A stretch of DNA of 64,000 nucleotides from Gammaproteobacteria bacterium (GCA_965215365.1 CBDCDS010000003.1:2464001-2528000); one strand, 5' to 3'; counted from the first letter of the stretch, positions 10,329 through 19,467 are shown. Numbers and translations: made by a program. The notes: a model not told the origin generated them from the letters alone.

Positions 10329-11233
10329 TGCCGTTGTGCCTCCAGTGCCTTGCCGATGATTTTGCGAATGCCCGTCCATTGACTGCCGCCTACCGTGATC
10401 GGCGCCCGGCGCCCCAGCGCCCGGGCCCAGATCGCCTTGCGACCGGTGCTTTGTGCATAATCCAGGTCCACGCCTCCCGGTGGCGCCGATAAATCCATGA
10501 CCAGGGCCGTGGCCGGTAATTCATCGATGATGTGCCGGGTTACGATGGGGGCCGGCACGGTTGACAGAACCATATCAAAATCGGATGCCGCGGCGCCCAA
10601 TCGGTCTAACGGCAACCCTTCGGCGCCAAGCGTATAGGCCGCCGCGCGCTGTACCGGATTGCGCGCCGCCACCGTCACCCGGGCGCCCAGGGCCACCAGA
10701 GTATGCGTCAATACCGAGCCGATATTACCCTGACCCACCACGCAGATATTTGCATTGTGAATGGTGATAGCGGTGTTTTCGATGATGATTCTGAGGGCCG
10801 CCTCAACAATGGCCGGGGCGCGCAACAGCATGAGTTCCTGGTCGTGTTCGTATTCGTGAATACCAATGCCAAGCTCCTGCGCGGCCCGGGTCAGCCCTGC
10901 ATCCGCCTTGCCCAGGATAATATGGGCGCCGGCCGCCATGACCGACAGCAGGTCGGCCCTGGGGATGATTTTCTCATTGGCAAAAATACTGCCGTCCACG
11001 GCGATGCCCGGTATCGGCATGAGGCAAAAGTCAGCATTGCGCAGACACTCCGTTGCAGTCGTTGCCAGGGTCGCCCCGGTGACCCCGCAGACAGGCCAGG
11101 GGAAGCCATAAGCCGTCACGGTGGCGCCGGTCGCCGCGGCCAGACGCGCGATCTCCTGCTCACGGTCATCGCCGCCGAGTATGGCGATTTTCAACGCCTC
11201 CCAGGTGATGGACGTATCGTGTTTTTCGGACAT
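10325..11233 (-). CDS. dipicolinate synthase subunit A (SpoVFA/DpsA)-like NAD-binding protein
   Basis: IAILGGDDRE N-terminus, ITIHNANICVVGQGNIG Rossmann motif, STVPA, DLSAPPGGVD, LG..AP follow the DpsA pattern. Confidence 0.75.
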   Translation of the reverse strand: MSEKHDTSITWEALKIAILGGDDREQEIARLAAATGATVTAYGFPWPVCGVTGATLATTATECLRNADFCLMPIPGIAVDGSIFANEKIIPRADLLSVMAAGAHIILGKADAGLTRAAQELGIGIHEYEHDQELMLLRAPAIVEAALRIIIENTAITIHNANICVVGQGNIGSVLTHTLVALGARVTVAARNPVQRAAAYTLGAEGLPLDRLGAAASDFDMVLSTVPAPIVTRHIIDELPATALVMDLSAPPGGVDLDYAQSTGRKAIWARALGRRAPITVGGSQWTGIRKIIGKALEAQRQ

Positions 11234-11249
11234 TGTATCGTTATCTCTT

Positions 11250-12329
11250 TCAGTTATGTCTTACCAGACCAAGTAATTGTTCCTTGCTCAAGCCGTCGAT
11301 GCCCATTGTTGCGGCAGAGCGGCCGGGGTTATTGTCACCCACCAACAGCTGCGCCAGTTGCATCAATGATCGGGCGACCGGCGTGCGGACGCCAGCAATG
11401 CCGGCCAACGCCAGCAAAGGTTTTAGCCCGTACCAGAAGTCTTCACGGTAATAGCGATGCGCCAGGGAATCCGGCGCCTTGATTTTACTGTTGGCGGCGC
11501 CACCGCGAATCGCCGCGGCCAGCCCGGCGCCGCGGTCGGCATCACTTTCAATGGTGCCAATGGCTTGCATTTCGGTGAACAGGTCGGGCAACCGGTGTCC
11601 GTAGGCGGCGGCAACGGCCAGGCGTTCGGCGTCCAGCGCCGCCATGATGCGCCCTACGCCGTCCGGCAGTCCTTGCACGTAAAACGTAAAATCACCGTGG
11701 CACGATTCCACCCAGGCTGCGCCCAGGATAGCGCCCGGCGGGTGCAGGATCATATTGACGTTAGCCAGACCGGTGGCGAGCACGTCGGCGGCGGGGGTTG
11801 CAACCGGGTACAGGTCTTGGGCCCGGCTCAGCGCCGCCGCGCCGCCCGGCAGCGCCGCCACCCGCACCTGTTTGGCCGCGCCCGTAATCCACACCGTATC
11901 AGGCTGTGGTTTCCTTGCCACATACGTCAAGGTGGAAAACTCGGCCGTAGGCGGCGGCGCCAGGTTATGGCGCTTGAATACTGCAACAAATTCCAGCGCG
12001 CCGCCGGTGTGACCGGGGTTCAGCACGACCGGGACGGCGTTGGCGCCGAGTTTGACCAGGGCCTCGGCAACGGGGGTGTGCGCCGGCACCGGCAGGCAAA
12101 TGAGAATAACCTGCGCGCCGGCAAGCGCCTCGGCCAGATTTGAGGTCATCAGCTCCGGCGTTGCCAGCCCCTCGCCCAGGACGCCGCGGTAGCGGATACC
12201 CCCGGCCCGTTGAAAAGGCGCCAGCGTTGCCGCGGAACGGTTCCACCAGTGCGTCCTGAAACCGCGTTGCCCCAGTTCCACCGCCGCCGCGGCGCCGCCG
12301 TTGCCGGCGCCCAGGATAGCCACGATCAT
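11250..12329 (-). CDS. NAD/NADP octopine/nopaline (opine) dehydrogenase family
   Basis: VAILGAGNGG, LNPGHTGGALEF, TLTY, NMILHPP, FYVQG, HRYYRED..YGL. Confidence 0.88.
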   Translation of the reverse strand: MIVAILGAGNGGAAAAVELGQRGFRTHWWNRSAATLAPFQRAGGIRYRGVLGEGLATPELMTSNLAEALAGAQVILICLPVPAHTPVAEALVKLGANAVPVVLNPGHTGGALEFVAVFKRHNLAPPPTAEFSTLTYVARKPQPDTVWITGAAKQVRVAALPGGAAALSRAQDLYPVATPAADVLATGLANVNMILHPPGAILGAAWVESCHGDFTFYVQGLPDGVGRIMAALDAERLAVAAAYGHRLPDLFTEMQAIGTIESDADRGAGLAAAIRGGAANSKIKAPDSLAHRYYREDFWYGLKPLLALAGIAGVRTPVARSLMQLAQLLVGDNNPGRSAATMGIDGLSKEQLLGLVRHN

Positions 12330-13483
12330 GAGGCCGCGTAGCGTTTTATCTTGTCCATATCCACTTCAATGCCAAGCCCCGGCCCTTGCGGCACCAGCAC
12401 ACAGCCGTCTTCAAACCCGAACGGTTCGGTAATAAGGTCATCCAGATAATAAACGCCTGCGACCGCCGGCCCGGTTGCGCCTTTGGGGCTGGATACGGGA
12501 GATACGCTGGGCAAGGTTGCGATCTTCGAGGCGGCGCCCAGATGCAGATTGGCTGCATTGCCGATACCGGACTCTATCGAACCGCCTATATCACTGTACA
12601 TACCCAGCGCGCTGGCAATATGCGCTTGCTGCATAGCCCGGTACAACCCGCCGGGTTTGGTCACGTAACAGGAAAAACAGGAAGCAGCCTTGAGCTCATG
12701 GAGTTCCAGAATGTCGTGGATGGTCCAGGCGGATTCATCAGCCATGACCGGGCAATCGATGCGCGCGGCCACGAAAGCCAGTTGCTTGTTATCCATCAAC
12801 GGCTGTTCACAGAGCAGGATATTGTATTCCTGCTGGCGCCGGGTTACGTTAATCGCCTCCCAGACGTTATCGTAGCCTTCATTGCCATCGACTCTGATTT
12901 TTACTTCGTCTCCGAGCCGTTCACGCAAGCGCCTGACTACTTCGACATCACGCGCCGGGTCCAGGCCGGTCTTGCATTTCAGCGTTTTTGCACCTTCCTC
13001 AACCGCAGTCACCGCCTCATCGACACATTTCTCCACCGGCATAATACCCAGCGAGTGCGCCACTTCGATGCGGTCGCGAAATTGCCCTCCCAACAGCCGG
13101 TACACCGGCACGTTGGCGGCCTTGCCGGCGATGTCGTAACAGGCCATGTCCAGGGCTGCCTTGGCGTAAGGGTTGCCTTTTACCGTCTTGTCCATGGCGC
13201 TGTGAATGACGGCGATGTCGCGCGGATCCAGGCCTTTGACAGCTTCAATCAGGTGCCCGGCGATGACATGCCGGACGGTCTCCGGTGATTCACCGTAATA
13301 GCGATTATGCGGACCACCCCAGGAAATCCCGGCCGGCGCCTCACCCCAGCCGCTTAGTCCCTCATCGGTATCCAGCCGCACTACGGCGTGATAGCCAATC
13401 GGCGCCGTCATCTTGCTCGCCCAGGTATGGTGCCGCCGATTCGGCAACGCCACCAGAAATATTTTACAACCGGTAATTTTCAT
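12326..13483 (-). CDS. mandelate racemase/muconate lactonizing enzyme family (enolase superfamily)
   Basis: GWGEA, AKAALDMACYD, KCK (KxK), VDGNEG, EQP, MADES, GPGLGIE. Confidence 0.88.
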   Translation of the reverse strand: MKITGCKIFLVALPNRRHHTWASKMTAPIGYHAVVRLDTDEGLSGWGEAPAGISWGGPHNRYYGESPETVRHVIAGHLIEAVKGLDPRDIAVIHSAMDKTVKGNPYAKAALDMACYDIAGKAANVPVYRLLGGQFRDRIEVAHSLGIMPVEKCVDEAVTAVEEGAKTLKCKTGLDPARDVEVVRRLRERLGDEVKIRVDGNEGYDNVWEAINVTRRQQEYNILLCEQPLMDNKQLAFVAARIDCPVMADESAWTIHDILELHELKAASCFSCYVTKPGGLYRAMQQAHIASALGMYSDIGGSIESGIGNAANLHLGAASKIATLPSVSPVSSPKGATGPAVAGVYYLDDLITEPFGFEDGCVLVPQGPGLGIEVDMDKIKRYAAS

Positions 13484-13494
13484 GATTCTCTCTT

Positions 13495-13665
13495 AGTAAC
13501 CTCTAAAAATGCCTTCCGTGGCATTTTTGCTGTGTAAATTTACCCTTCCCTGCCTGCCTGTTCACGTCCCTGTGGCTGGATACCGGCCAATCCTTGGCCA
13601 GCATGACGAACTTGCATGCCAGCGGGGTGTGCAGCGTCCTGAGCATGGGGGTTTAGAGGCGCCCT
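13495..13665. mobile_element. MITE-like element, long form of repeat family A
   Basis: Terminal IRs AGTAACCTCTAAA / TTTAGAGGCGCCCT and inner hairpin AAAAATGCC..GGCATTTTT. About 100 bp is similar to 18276-18374. Confidence 0.6.
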
Positions 13666-13716
13666 CTTGTTCACAGTGGCTGTCGGGGTGACGCCGGGAA
13701 GGCTTATTATACCGAG

Positions 13717-13743
13717 ATATTGATCACAATGTGTGATCAATAT
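13717..13743. promoter_or_regulatory. putative double GntR operator
   Basis: Perfect 12-bp inverted repeat ATATTGATCACA-ATG-TGTGATCAATAT upstream of the enolase operon. Confidence 0.65.
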
Positions 13744-13754
13744 ATTGGTTGGGA

Positions 13755-14513
13755 TCAGATGCCGCCGAACGTGGCGCCGCCATTAACCAGGATAGTTTGT
13801 CCTGACACCATTGCGGCTTCCGGACTACACAGGAAGGCAACGGCGGCGGCCACGTCGGTAGCGGCCAGCGGTTGCCGAATGGCCTGATTTTGCACGGCTT
13901 GTTCGAGTATCTCGGCGCCAATGGCTTGCCTGGCGGTGGCGGTGGGCACCAGCCCCGGCGCTACTGCGTTGACGCTGACACCAAACGGGCCCAATTCCGC
14001 AGCCATGCTGCGGGTCATGCCCGCAACCGCGGATTTGGCCGCTACATAGTGCATCAGGTTGGGCAGGCCGAAGGTAATGACTGCGGAGGACAGGTTGATA
14101 ATGCGTCCCCATCGCTGCTGTCGCATCGGCGCTGAGGCGACGCGGCTGCACAGGAACACCGAGCGCACATTGACCATGATGACCTGCTCCCATTCACTCA
14201 GGTCGAGCTCCCAGAACGGCCGGCGCGCAACCGCATAAAAGCCGGCGTTATTAACCAGTATGTCTGTACTTTTGTGCCGCCTGAGAATGGTGTCGAAGGT
14301 GTCGGTCACCTGCGCTTCATCAGTCAGGTCGGCGCAGTACCAGGCGGCGCTGCCCCCGGCCTCTTCGATCATGGCAACCGTGTCGGTCGCAGCGTCCAGA
14401 TCGATTATAACCAAATCAGCGCCACGCGCAGCCAGCGTCCGGGCTATGGCCTGCCCCAGCCCGGTCGCGCCGCCGGTGACGACTGCGGTTTTTCCCTTCA
14501 GCGCTGTTGCCAA
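13755..14513 (-). CDS. short-chain dehydrogenase/reductase
   Basis: TGGATGLG, LVNNAG, YVAAK, NAVAPG. Start uncertain (TTG at 14513). Confidence 0.88.
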   Translation of the reverse strand: MATALKGKTAVVTGGATGLGQAIARTLAARGADLVIIDLDAATDTVAMIEEAGGSAAWYCADLTDEAQVTDTFDTILRRHKSTDILVNNAGFYAVARRPFWELDLSEWEQVIMVNVRSVFLCSRVASAPMRQQRWGRIINLSSAVITFGLPNLMHYVAAKSAVAGMTRSMAAELGPFGVSVNAVAPGLVPTATARQAIGAEILEQAVQNQAIRQPLAATDVAAAVAFLCSPEAAMVSGQTILVNGGATFGGI

Positions 14514-14547
14514 GTGATATTGACCGGGTTGGGGCCACAGTGCGGTG

Positions 14548-15810
14548 TCATAGCGGCCATTCGACCTGTACCGCGCGCGGACCGTGGAAGCAGATGTTGG
14601 GCAGATAGTCAAAGTGTTGGCCGGCGACCAGTTGCATGTCGGGTAAGCGCCGGCTCAGTACCTCCAGCGTGACTCGAGCCTCCAGCTGCGCCAGCGCCGC
14701 GCCCAGGCAGCGGTGGATGCCACTGCCGAAGGACAGGTGTTGAGCGGCGTTGTGCCGGGTTATATCCAGTTGTTCCGCGTTCTCAAACACTTCGTCGTCG
14801 CGGTTGGCGGCGCCCAGCAGCAACAACAGTTGCGCCCCTGCGGGGACTTTCACGCCGGCAATGTCCAGCTCCCGTTTGGCCTTACGGCGCCAGCTGATGA
14901 CCGACGAGTCATAACGCAGAATTTCCTCGACGGCGCCGGGTATCAGGGCCGGCTCGGCCACGATCCGCGCCCATGCCTGCGGCTGACTGAGCAACTGTAC
15001 GATACTGTTGCCCAGCAGGCTGGAGGTCGTTTCGTGACCGGCGGTAAAAAAGGCAAACAGGATGCTGGCGATAACGTCCAGGCTGAGAATTTCGTCCTTG
15101 CCGGCGCGCACCCGCAGCAGCTCGCTGGTCAAGTCATTGGTGGGAGCGGCCAGACGCGCGTCCACCAGTTGGCGGCACAGTCGGAAGAAACCCGCAAGCC
15201 CGCGTGCCAGTCGCGTCTGCTCTGCCTCAGTCGGGCGCCCCCAGACAAACAGGATACGGTTCTGCGCGCCTTGCTTGATCGCTGGGACCTGATCGTCGGG
15301 GAACCCCAGCATCTTCAAGATAACCAGGGCCGGCAGGTCAAACAACAATTCGCCCATGAGCTCGGCCTTGCCGTTTTGCTGAAAGCCGTCAACGGCATTA
15401 TTCACCACCGCGCAAACATAAGGTTCCAGCCCGGCGATACGACGCGGGGTAAACGCCTTGACCACATTCATGCGCGTTTTGGTATGCTGCGGGCGGTCGG
15501 CATTACCCAACGCCGGCAGCATGTTCCAGCCGCCGTCTGTTAACGCCTGTTGGGCCGCTGCGCACAGGGGATGCAGCGGCGCAATGGTATTCTGCGCCGA
15601 ATAATTGTCGTAATCCCGGAGTATCTGCTTCACGTCCTGATAACGGCTGACCACCCAGTGGTCGATGTCTTCTGCGTAAAACACCGGCGCCTGATCTCTG
15701 AGCAACCTGAAGCAAGGATAGGGATCAGATAATTGCGGCTCCCGGAACAGGTCAAAACGACCGCCGATCGTGCCGGGCAGCGAGGTGTCAGTGTCAGTCG
15801 TCAGCGCCAT
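14548..15810 (-). CDS. cytochrome P450
   Basis: AGHETT I-helix, EEILR (ExxR), AANRD, FGSGIHRCLG heme ligand. Confidence 0.95.
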   Translation of the reverse strand: MALTTDTDTSLPGTIGGRFDLFREPQLSDPYPCFRLLRDQAPVFYAEDIDHWVVSRYQDVKQILRDYDNYSAQNTIAPLHPLCAAAQQALTDGGWNMLPALGNADRPQHTKTRMNVVKAFTPRRIAGLEPYVCAVVNNAVDGFQQNGKAELMGELLFDLPALVILKMLGFPDDQVPAIKQGAQNRILFVWGRPTEAEQTRLARGLAGFFRLCRQLVDARLAAPTNDLTSELLRVRAGKDEILSLDVIASILFAFFTAGHETTSSLLGNSIVQLLSQPQAWARIVAEPALIPGAVEEILRYDSSVISWRRKAKRELDIAGVKVPAGAQLLLLLGAANRDDEVFENAEQLDITRHNAAQHLSFGSGIHRCLGAALAQLEARVTLEVLSRRLPDMQLVAGQHFDYLPNICFHGPRAVQVEWPL

Positions 15811-15912
15811 GAATTACTTTACCCTTATGATAGATGTTATACTATAACACCACGAGTAAAGGTCACCTCTATTAATTAGAGGCAACCTGAACTCAACAAC
15901 GCGAGGCTTTGA

Positions 15913-16188
15913 ATGAACATAGGGTTTAATGTGGTTGTTCACACAGATGAGGATGGCGGCTATTGGGCAGAAGTAGAAAATATGCCCGGATGCATCACGG
16001 AAGGAGATACGATTCCAGAGCTGACGAGTAATTTGCAAGAGGCTATATCCGGCTGGCTGTCAGTCATGGTGGATAATATGAAAGTGAACCTGGAAAAGCA
16101 TATACAGGAGACAGATTTTGAAACGGATCAGCGGGAGACGTATGTGTACTCTTGTCCAACAGAATGGATGGAAGCGAAAGCGCATTAG
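15913..16188 (+). CDS. hicB: HicB-family antitoxin
   Basis: DGGYWAEVENMPGCITEGDTIPELTSNLQEAI. Confidence 0.85.
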   Translation: MNIGFNVVVHTDEDGGYWAEVENMPGCITEGDTIPELTSNLQEAISGWLSVMVDNMKVNLEKHIQETDFETDQRETYVYSCPTEWMEAKAH

Positions 16189-16324
16189 CGGCAGCCACCA
16201 CATCTTCGGCAAAGAAGGCATTGATTTTCCGCTCACCATTCCGGTACATGGCAACAGGATTTTAAAGCCGGGGACGCAGGCAGCGATAATGAAAACCGCT
16301 GGCATATCATCTACAGACCTGTAG
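16118..16324 (+). CDS. hicA: HicA-family toxin (mRNA interferase)
   Basis: GWKRKRISGSHHIF..TIPVHGN..LKPGT..IMKTAG. Confidence 0.85.
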   Translation: MKRISGRRMCTLVQQNGWKRKRISGSHHIFGKEGIDFPLTIPVHGNRILKPGTQAAIMKTAGISSTDL

Positions 16325-17353
16325 ACAAGTCCGATAAACCCGATACCGATCAATATCATAACCGGCTTCCTCGGCAGCGGCAAGACGACCGTGTTGAATC
16401 AATTACTGTCGTCGCCGGCACTGGCGGACACGGCCGTGCTTATCAACGAGTTCGGCGAGGTCGGGCTTGACCACCTGCTGGTGCGCGCCGTGGATGACGA
16501 TATTGTGCTGCTGGAGTCGGGCTGTGTGTGCTGCAGCGTGCGTGATGACTTTTGCGCGTCCCTGCTCAGGCTGCATGGGCAACGCGCGGCCGGGAATATC
16601 CCTGCGTTTCAACGGGTGATACTCGAAACCACGGGTATCGCCGACCCCATTGCCATCAGCGAGTTGATACTAGCGGACGCGGACCTCGCCCGGCGTTATG
16701 CGTGTCGGCAAATCCTTACCATTGTCGATGCGGTGCATGGTCGCGGTAACCTTGACCGGCATATCGAGGCGGTGAAACAGGTGAGTGTTGCCGACCGTAT
16801 CATCCTGTCCAAAACCGACCTGTGCGAGCGCGTACAGCTTGACCGCGTGGAGGAACGGCTGCAACGGCTGAACCCGTTGGCGCCGCGTGCATATTGCGGC
16901 GCCGAGCCCGTGGACCCTGGTATCCTGCCCGCCGATGGCGGCGCCGATGACGCCCCGGAAACCGGTCAACTGCCGCCGTCGGGTGGATTGGGAGAGAAAG
17001 CCGGGGCAGCGCCACCTGAGCAGCTCCACGCAGCGCCGCATGACCATCGCTTTGCCACGTTTTCCCTGACCTGGCCGGAGGCGGTGCAATGGGATGATTT
17101 TGTCGCCTGGCTGGAGGGGTTGCTGATTGTGCGCGGCGACAGTATTCACCGAGTGAAGGGGCTGTTGAGCGTGTTTGGTGAGACGCGCCCGCTGGTCATC
17201 CAGGGCGTGCAACATTCATTTTATGCGCCGGTGAAGCTGGCTGACTGGCCGAACGGCCAGGCGCTAACCCGGCTGGTTTTTATCACCAGTGACTTCAGCA
17301 AACAGGCCGCCATAAACAGCCTGGAAACTATCCTGGACGTCAGCGCGGGTTAA
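16325..17353 (+). CDS. CobW/COG0523 G3E GTPase metallochaperone; canonical start codon absent
   Basis: In-frame IITGFLGSGKTT (Walker A) lies upstream of the listed GTG at 16391. Also INEFGEVGLD, GCVCC, ETTGIADP, HRVKG. Confidence 0.85.
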   Translation, partial: TSPINPIPINIITGFLGSGKTTVLNQLLSSPALADTAVLINEFGEVGLDHLLVRAVDDDIVLLESGCVCCSVRDDFCASLLRLHGQRAAGNIPAFQRVILETTGIADPIAISELILADADLARRYACRQILTIVDAVHGRGNLDRHIEAVKQVSVADRIILSKTDLCERVQLDRVEERLQRLNPLAPRAYCGAEPVDPGILPADGGADDAPETGQLPPSGGLGEKAGAAPPEQLHAAPHDHRFATFSLTWPEAVQWDDFVAWLEGLLIVRGDSIHRVKGLLSVFGETRPLVIQGVQHSFYAPVKLADWPNGQALTRLVFITSDFSKQAAINSLETILDVSAG

Positions 17354-17368
17354 CCCGCAGATCTCACC
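17351..17368 (+). repeat. repeat family B (TARCCCGCAGATCTCACC)
   Basis: Copies at 17351(+), 19137-19154(-), 50863(+, partial), 59296(+), and a partial copy at 18168. Confidence 0.6.
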
Positions 17369-17378
17369 AGGCCGCGAT

Positions 17379-18170
17379 ATGACCCTGTCCAAGTCCGTAC
17401 CGTCAGGTGAAAATCAGGCGCCGCCCGGGGGCTGCTCCACGGCGACAACCATTCCGGTAGTGGTGGTGAAGGACTACCTGCCCTTTTTGCAGGAACAGCT
17501 GGCCGTGCTTGCTCAACCCGGCCGCAAAATACGCCCCTGGCAGCTGTGGGAATTGCACAACCCCTGGAGCCGCGCCGCCCAGGTGGTGGACAGTTGGACA
17601 TTCCTGGACCTGTGCCAGTCCCAAGCGCTGCTGCAACGCATTACACCGTTTATCGGCGCGGATATTATCCTGTTTGACAGCCAGTTTTCACCAGACCTGC
17701 TCAATGTCGGCCAACCCGCTCGGGCATGGCAAAATGACCGCCTGCGCTGCCCGATCACTCCCCTGCGCGCGCTGGTAGTGCGCATTCCCGTTCCAGGCCG
17801 CATTGACGCCGGTGCAACGTTCCGTTATAAAGCAGGACAAGGTGAAGCGCGGGCGCTCGACTATACTGGCGACACTATCATCTGCCACGACGCGGATTTG
17901 GATTACCGTATTGAGGACACTGTGATTGATGGCTCTGGGATTGATGGCCCTGGGCAGCAACCGTCGGAGTATGTAATACGCTACTTTCCGGCCACGTCCC
18001 GTTACCTGCGCGACCCGGCGGCGACCGTACACCGGCAATTAACGGAACGCTATCCCCTGCTGAATTATGCAAAAATGCCACTGTGGCTGGTGCAGGGTAA
18101 AGACCAGGCCGACAATGATTTTGTAACCGGTTTTCAACCGAAGGCGGGCCGATGGGTAGCGGGCGGCTAA
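17379..18170 (+). CDS. degenerate phytanoyl-CoA dioxygenase (PhyH)-like protein
   Basis: FLDLC...IGADIILFDSQF, WQND at the WHQD position, IRYFPATS, PLWLVQGKD. Confidence 0.5.
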   Translation: MTLSKSVPSGENQAPPGGCSTATTIPVVVVKDYLPFLQEQLAVLAQPGRKIRPWQLWELHNPWSRAAQVVDSWTFLDLCQSQALLQRITPFIGADIILFDSQFSPDLLNVGQPARAWQNDRLRCPITPLRALVVRIPVPGRIDAGATFRYKAGQGEARALDYTGDTIICHDADLDYRIEDTVIDGSGIDGPGQQPSEYVIRYFPATSRYLRDPAATVHRQLTERYPLLNYAKMPLWLVQGKDQADNDFVTGFQPKAGRWVAGG

Positions 18171-18275
18171 CCCGCAGTGCGATAATAACAGGCAGTATGC
18201 CGCACACCTGCTGCGTTGAGTGTGCGCAATATTTCCTCAATCACCAGTCCTTCCCAACTTGCTCCCATAAGTTAC

Positions 18276-18374
18276 GGTAACCTCTAAAAATACCCTCCAT
18301 GGTATTTTTGCTGTGTAAATTTACCTGCCCCTGCCTGTTTACGTCCCTGTAACTGGATACCGGCCATTCCCTGG
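18276..18374. mobile_element. truncated long-form copy of repeat family A
   Basis: GGTAACCTCTAAAAATACC..GGTATTTTTGCTGTGTAAATTTACC..CGTCCCTGT..CTGGATACCGGCCA, near-identical to the element at 13495. Confidence 0.6.
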
Positions 18375-18509
18375 AGTACTATCAACCACTCACACAGCCC
18401 GCCCCTGAGTCTCATAGGTATTGAACCTGGACATAAGTGTTGACTTTCTCTGGCCATTATGGTATAGCTTGATATTGAGGTACCTAACTTGATCATCAGG
18501 AGAGAGATA

Positions 18510-19030
18510 ATGAAACCATTTACCCTTTTACCCCCCCCCCCCCCCCACTTATGCTGACCGCCGCCCTGGTGGCGTTGGTCCTGCCGATGACAACATATGC
18601 GCAGTGCCCGGATGGATTGGTCCAGAGAGATAACGTCTTTCTGAACATAACCGTGGGTCAGAACCGAGGGTCGATATACAACCCGACTACAAACGAGTTT
18701 ATGACCGACACGACAAAGCATTCGGCCATGGTTACGCTCAACCCAGCAGCCGAGCAGGCTATCAAACTCCAGTACACCCGTGCCCAATTCCTTTATGCGG
18801 TGCAGGGCGAAGAAGGCGAAGGCGAGACCCTTGTCCACAACGGCGCCTACGTGTCCGCCGGACGCCTTCATAATGGTCAGCTCTCGGAGATTTTCATTCC
18901 GATCTCCTTCCATAACCTGGAACCGGGCAAAAAGTACGCTGCGGAAATTCATGTACAGAATACCAATCACTTCCCTGAGCGGCGCCTATTATTCCGGCGA
19001 TGTTTCCAGACACCAACGCCCGCGCCCTGA
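18510..19030 (+). CDS. secreted hypothetical protein, frameshifted at a C16 tract
   Basis: AGGAGAGAG RBS and ATG at 18510, C16 at 18531-18546, body ORF 18551-19030 with a signal-peptide h-region. One extra C fuses the two parts. Confidence 0.65.
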
Positions 19031-19186
19031 CCGCCCGACATCCTCCCATATCCGCGGGGCAGCACCCGGTGCCCCGCAGAATTATATTCGACAGTACAAT
19101 TCCCCAGTCAAGTGCCCATTTCGTGTGCACCGTGTAGGTGAGATCTGCGGGCTAAAAATGCCACGGAAGACATTTTAAGCGATTCC

Positions 19187-19297
19187 TCAAACTTGGTCGG
19201 ATTTACGATCGGCGCGGTCTTGTGCGCGGGCGACATACAACATGACCAAGGCGCCCAAGCCGGCGATCAATCCCGCGGTGAGTAATGCGAGGTTCAT
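19187..19297 (-). CDS. 36-aa single-TM peptide (MNLALLTAGLIAGLGALVMLYV...)
   Basis: ATGA-coupled to the upstream small ORF. Hydrophobic helix followed by a charged tail. Confidence 0.45.
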   Translation of the reverse strand: MNLALLTAGLIAGLGALVMLYVARAQDRADRKSDQV

Positions 19298-19467
19298 TTA
19301 CGTTGCTCCAGGTTACCGTACCACGACACGACCAAACCAATCCCAGTGAGCAGACCAGCACTGAGAACCTGGCCTTCTTCCAGGAAACCGGCCACCAGAC
19401 CAGCAGCGATCAGGATGATACCGAGACGCCGGCAGTCCTCGGCCGTGGTGATAAGGTTCAACTTCAT
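19294..19467 (-). CDS. 57-aa two-TM membrane protein
   Basis: MKLNLITTAEDCRRLGIILIAAGLVAGFL..; two hydrophobic segments. Confidence 0.5.
   Translation of the reverse strand: MKLNLITTAEDCRRLGIILIAAGLVAGFLEEGQVLSAGLLTGIGLVVSWYGNLEQRK

Noticed and set aside
10325-11233. evidence for sporulation or dipicolinate synthesis
   Set aside because: No subunit B or sporulation genes are present, and the context is catabolic and Gram-negative.
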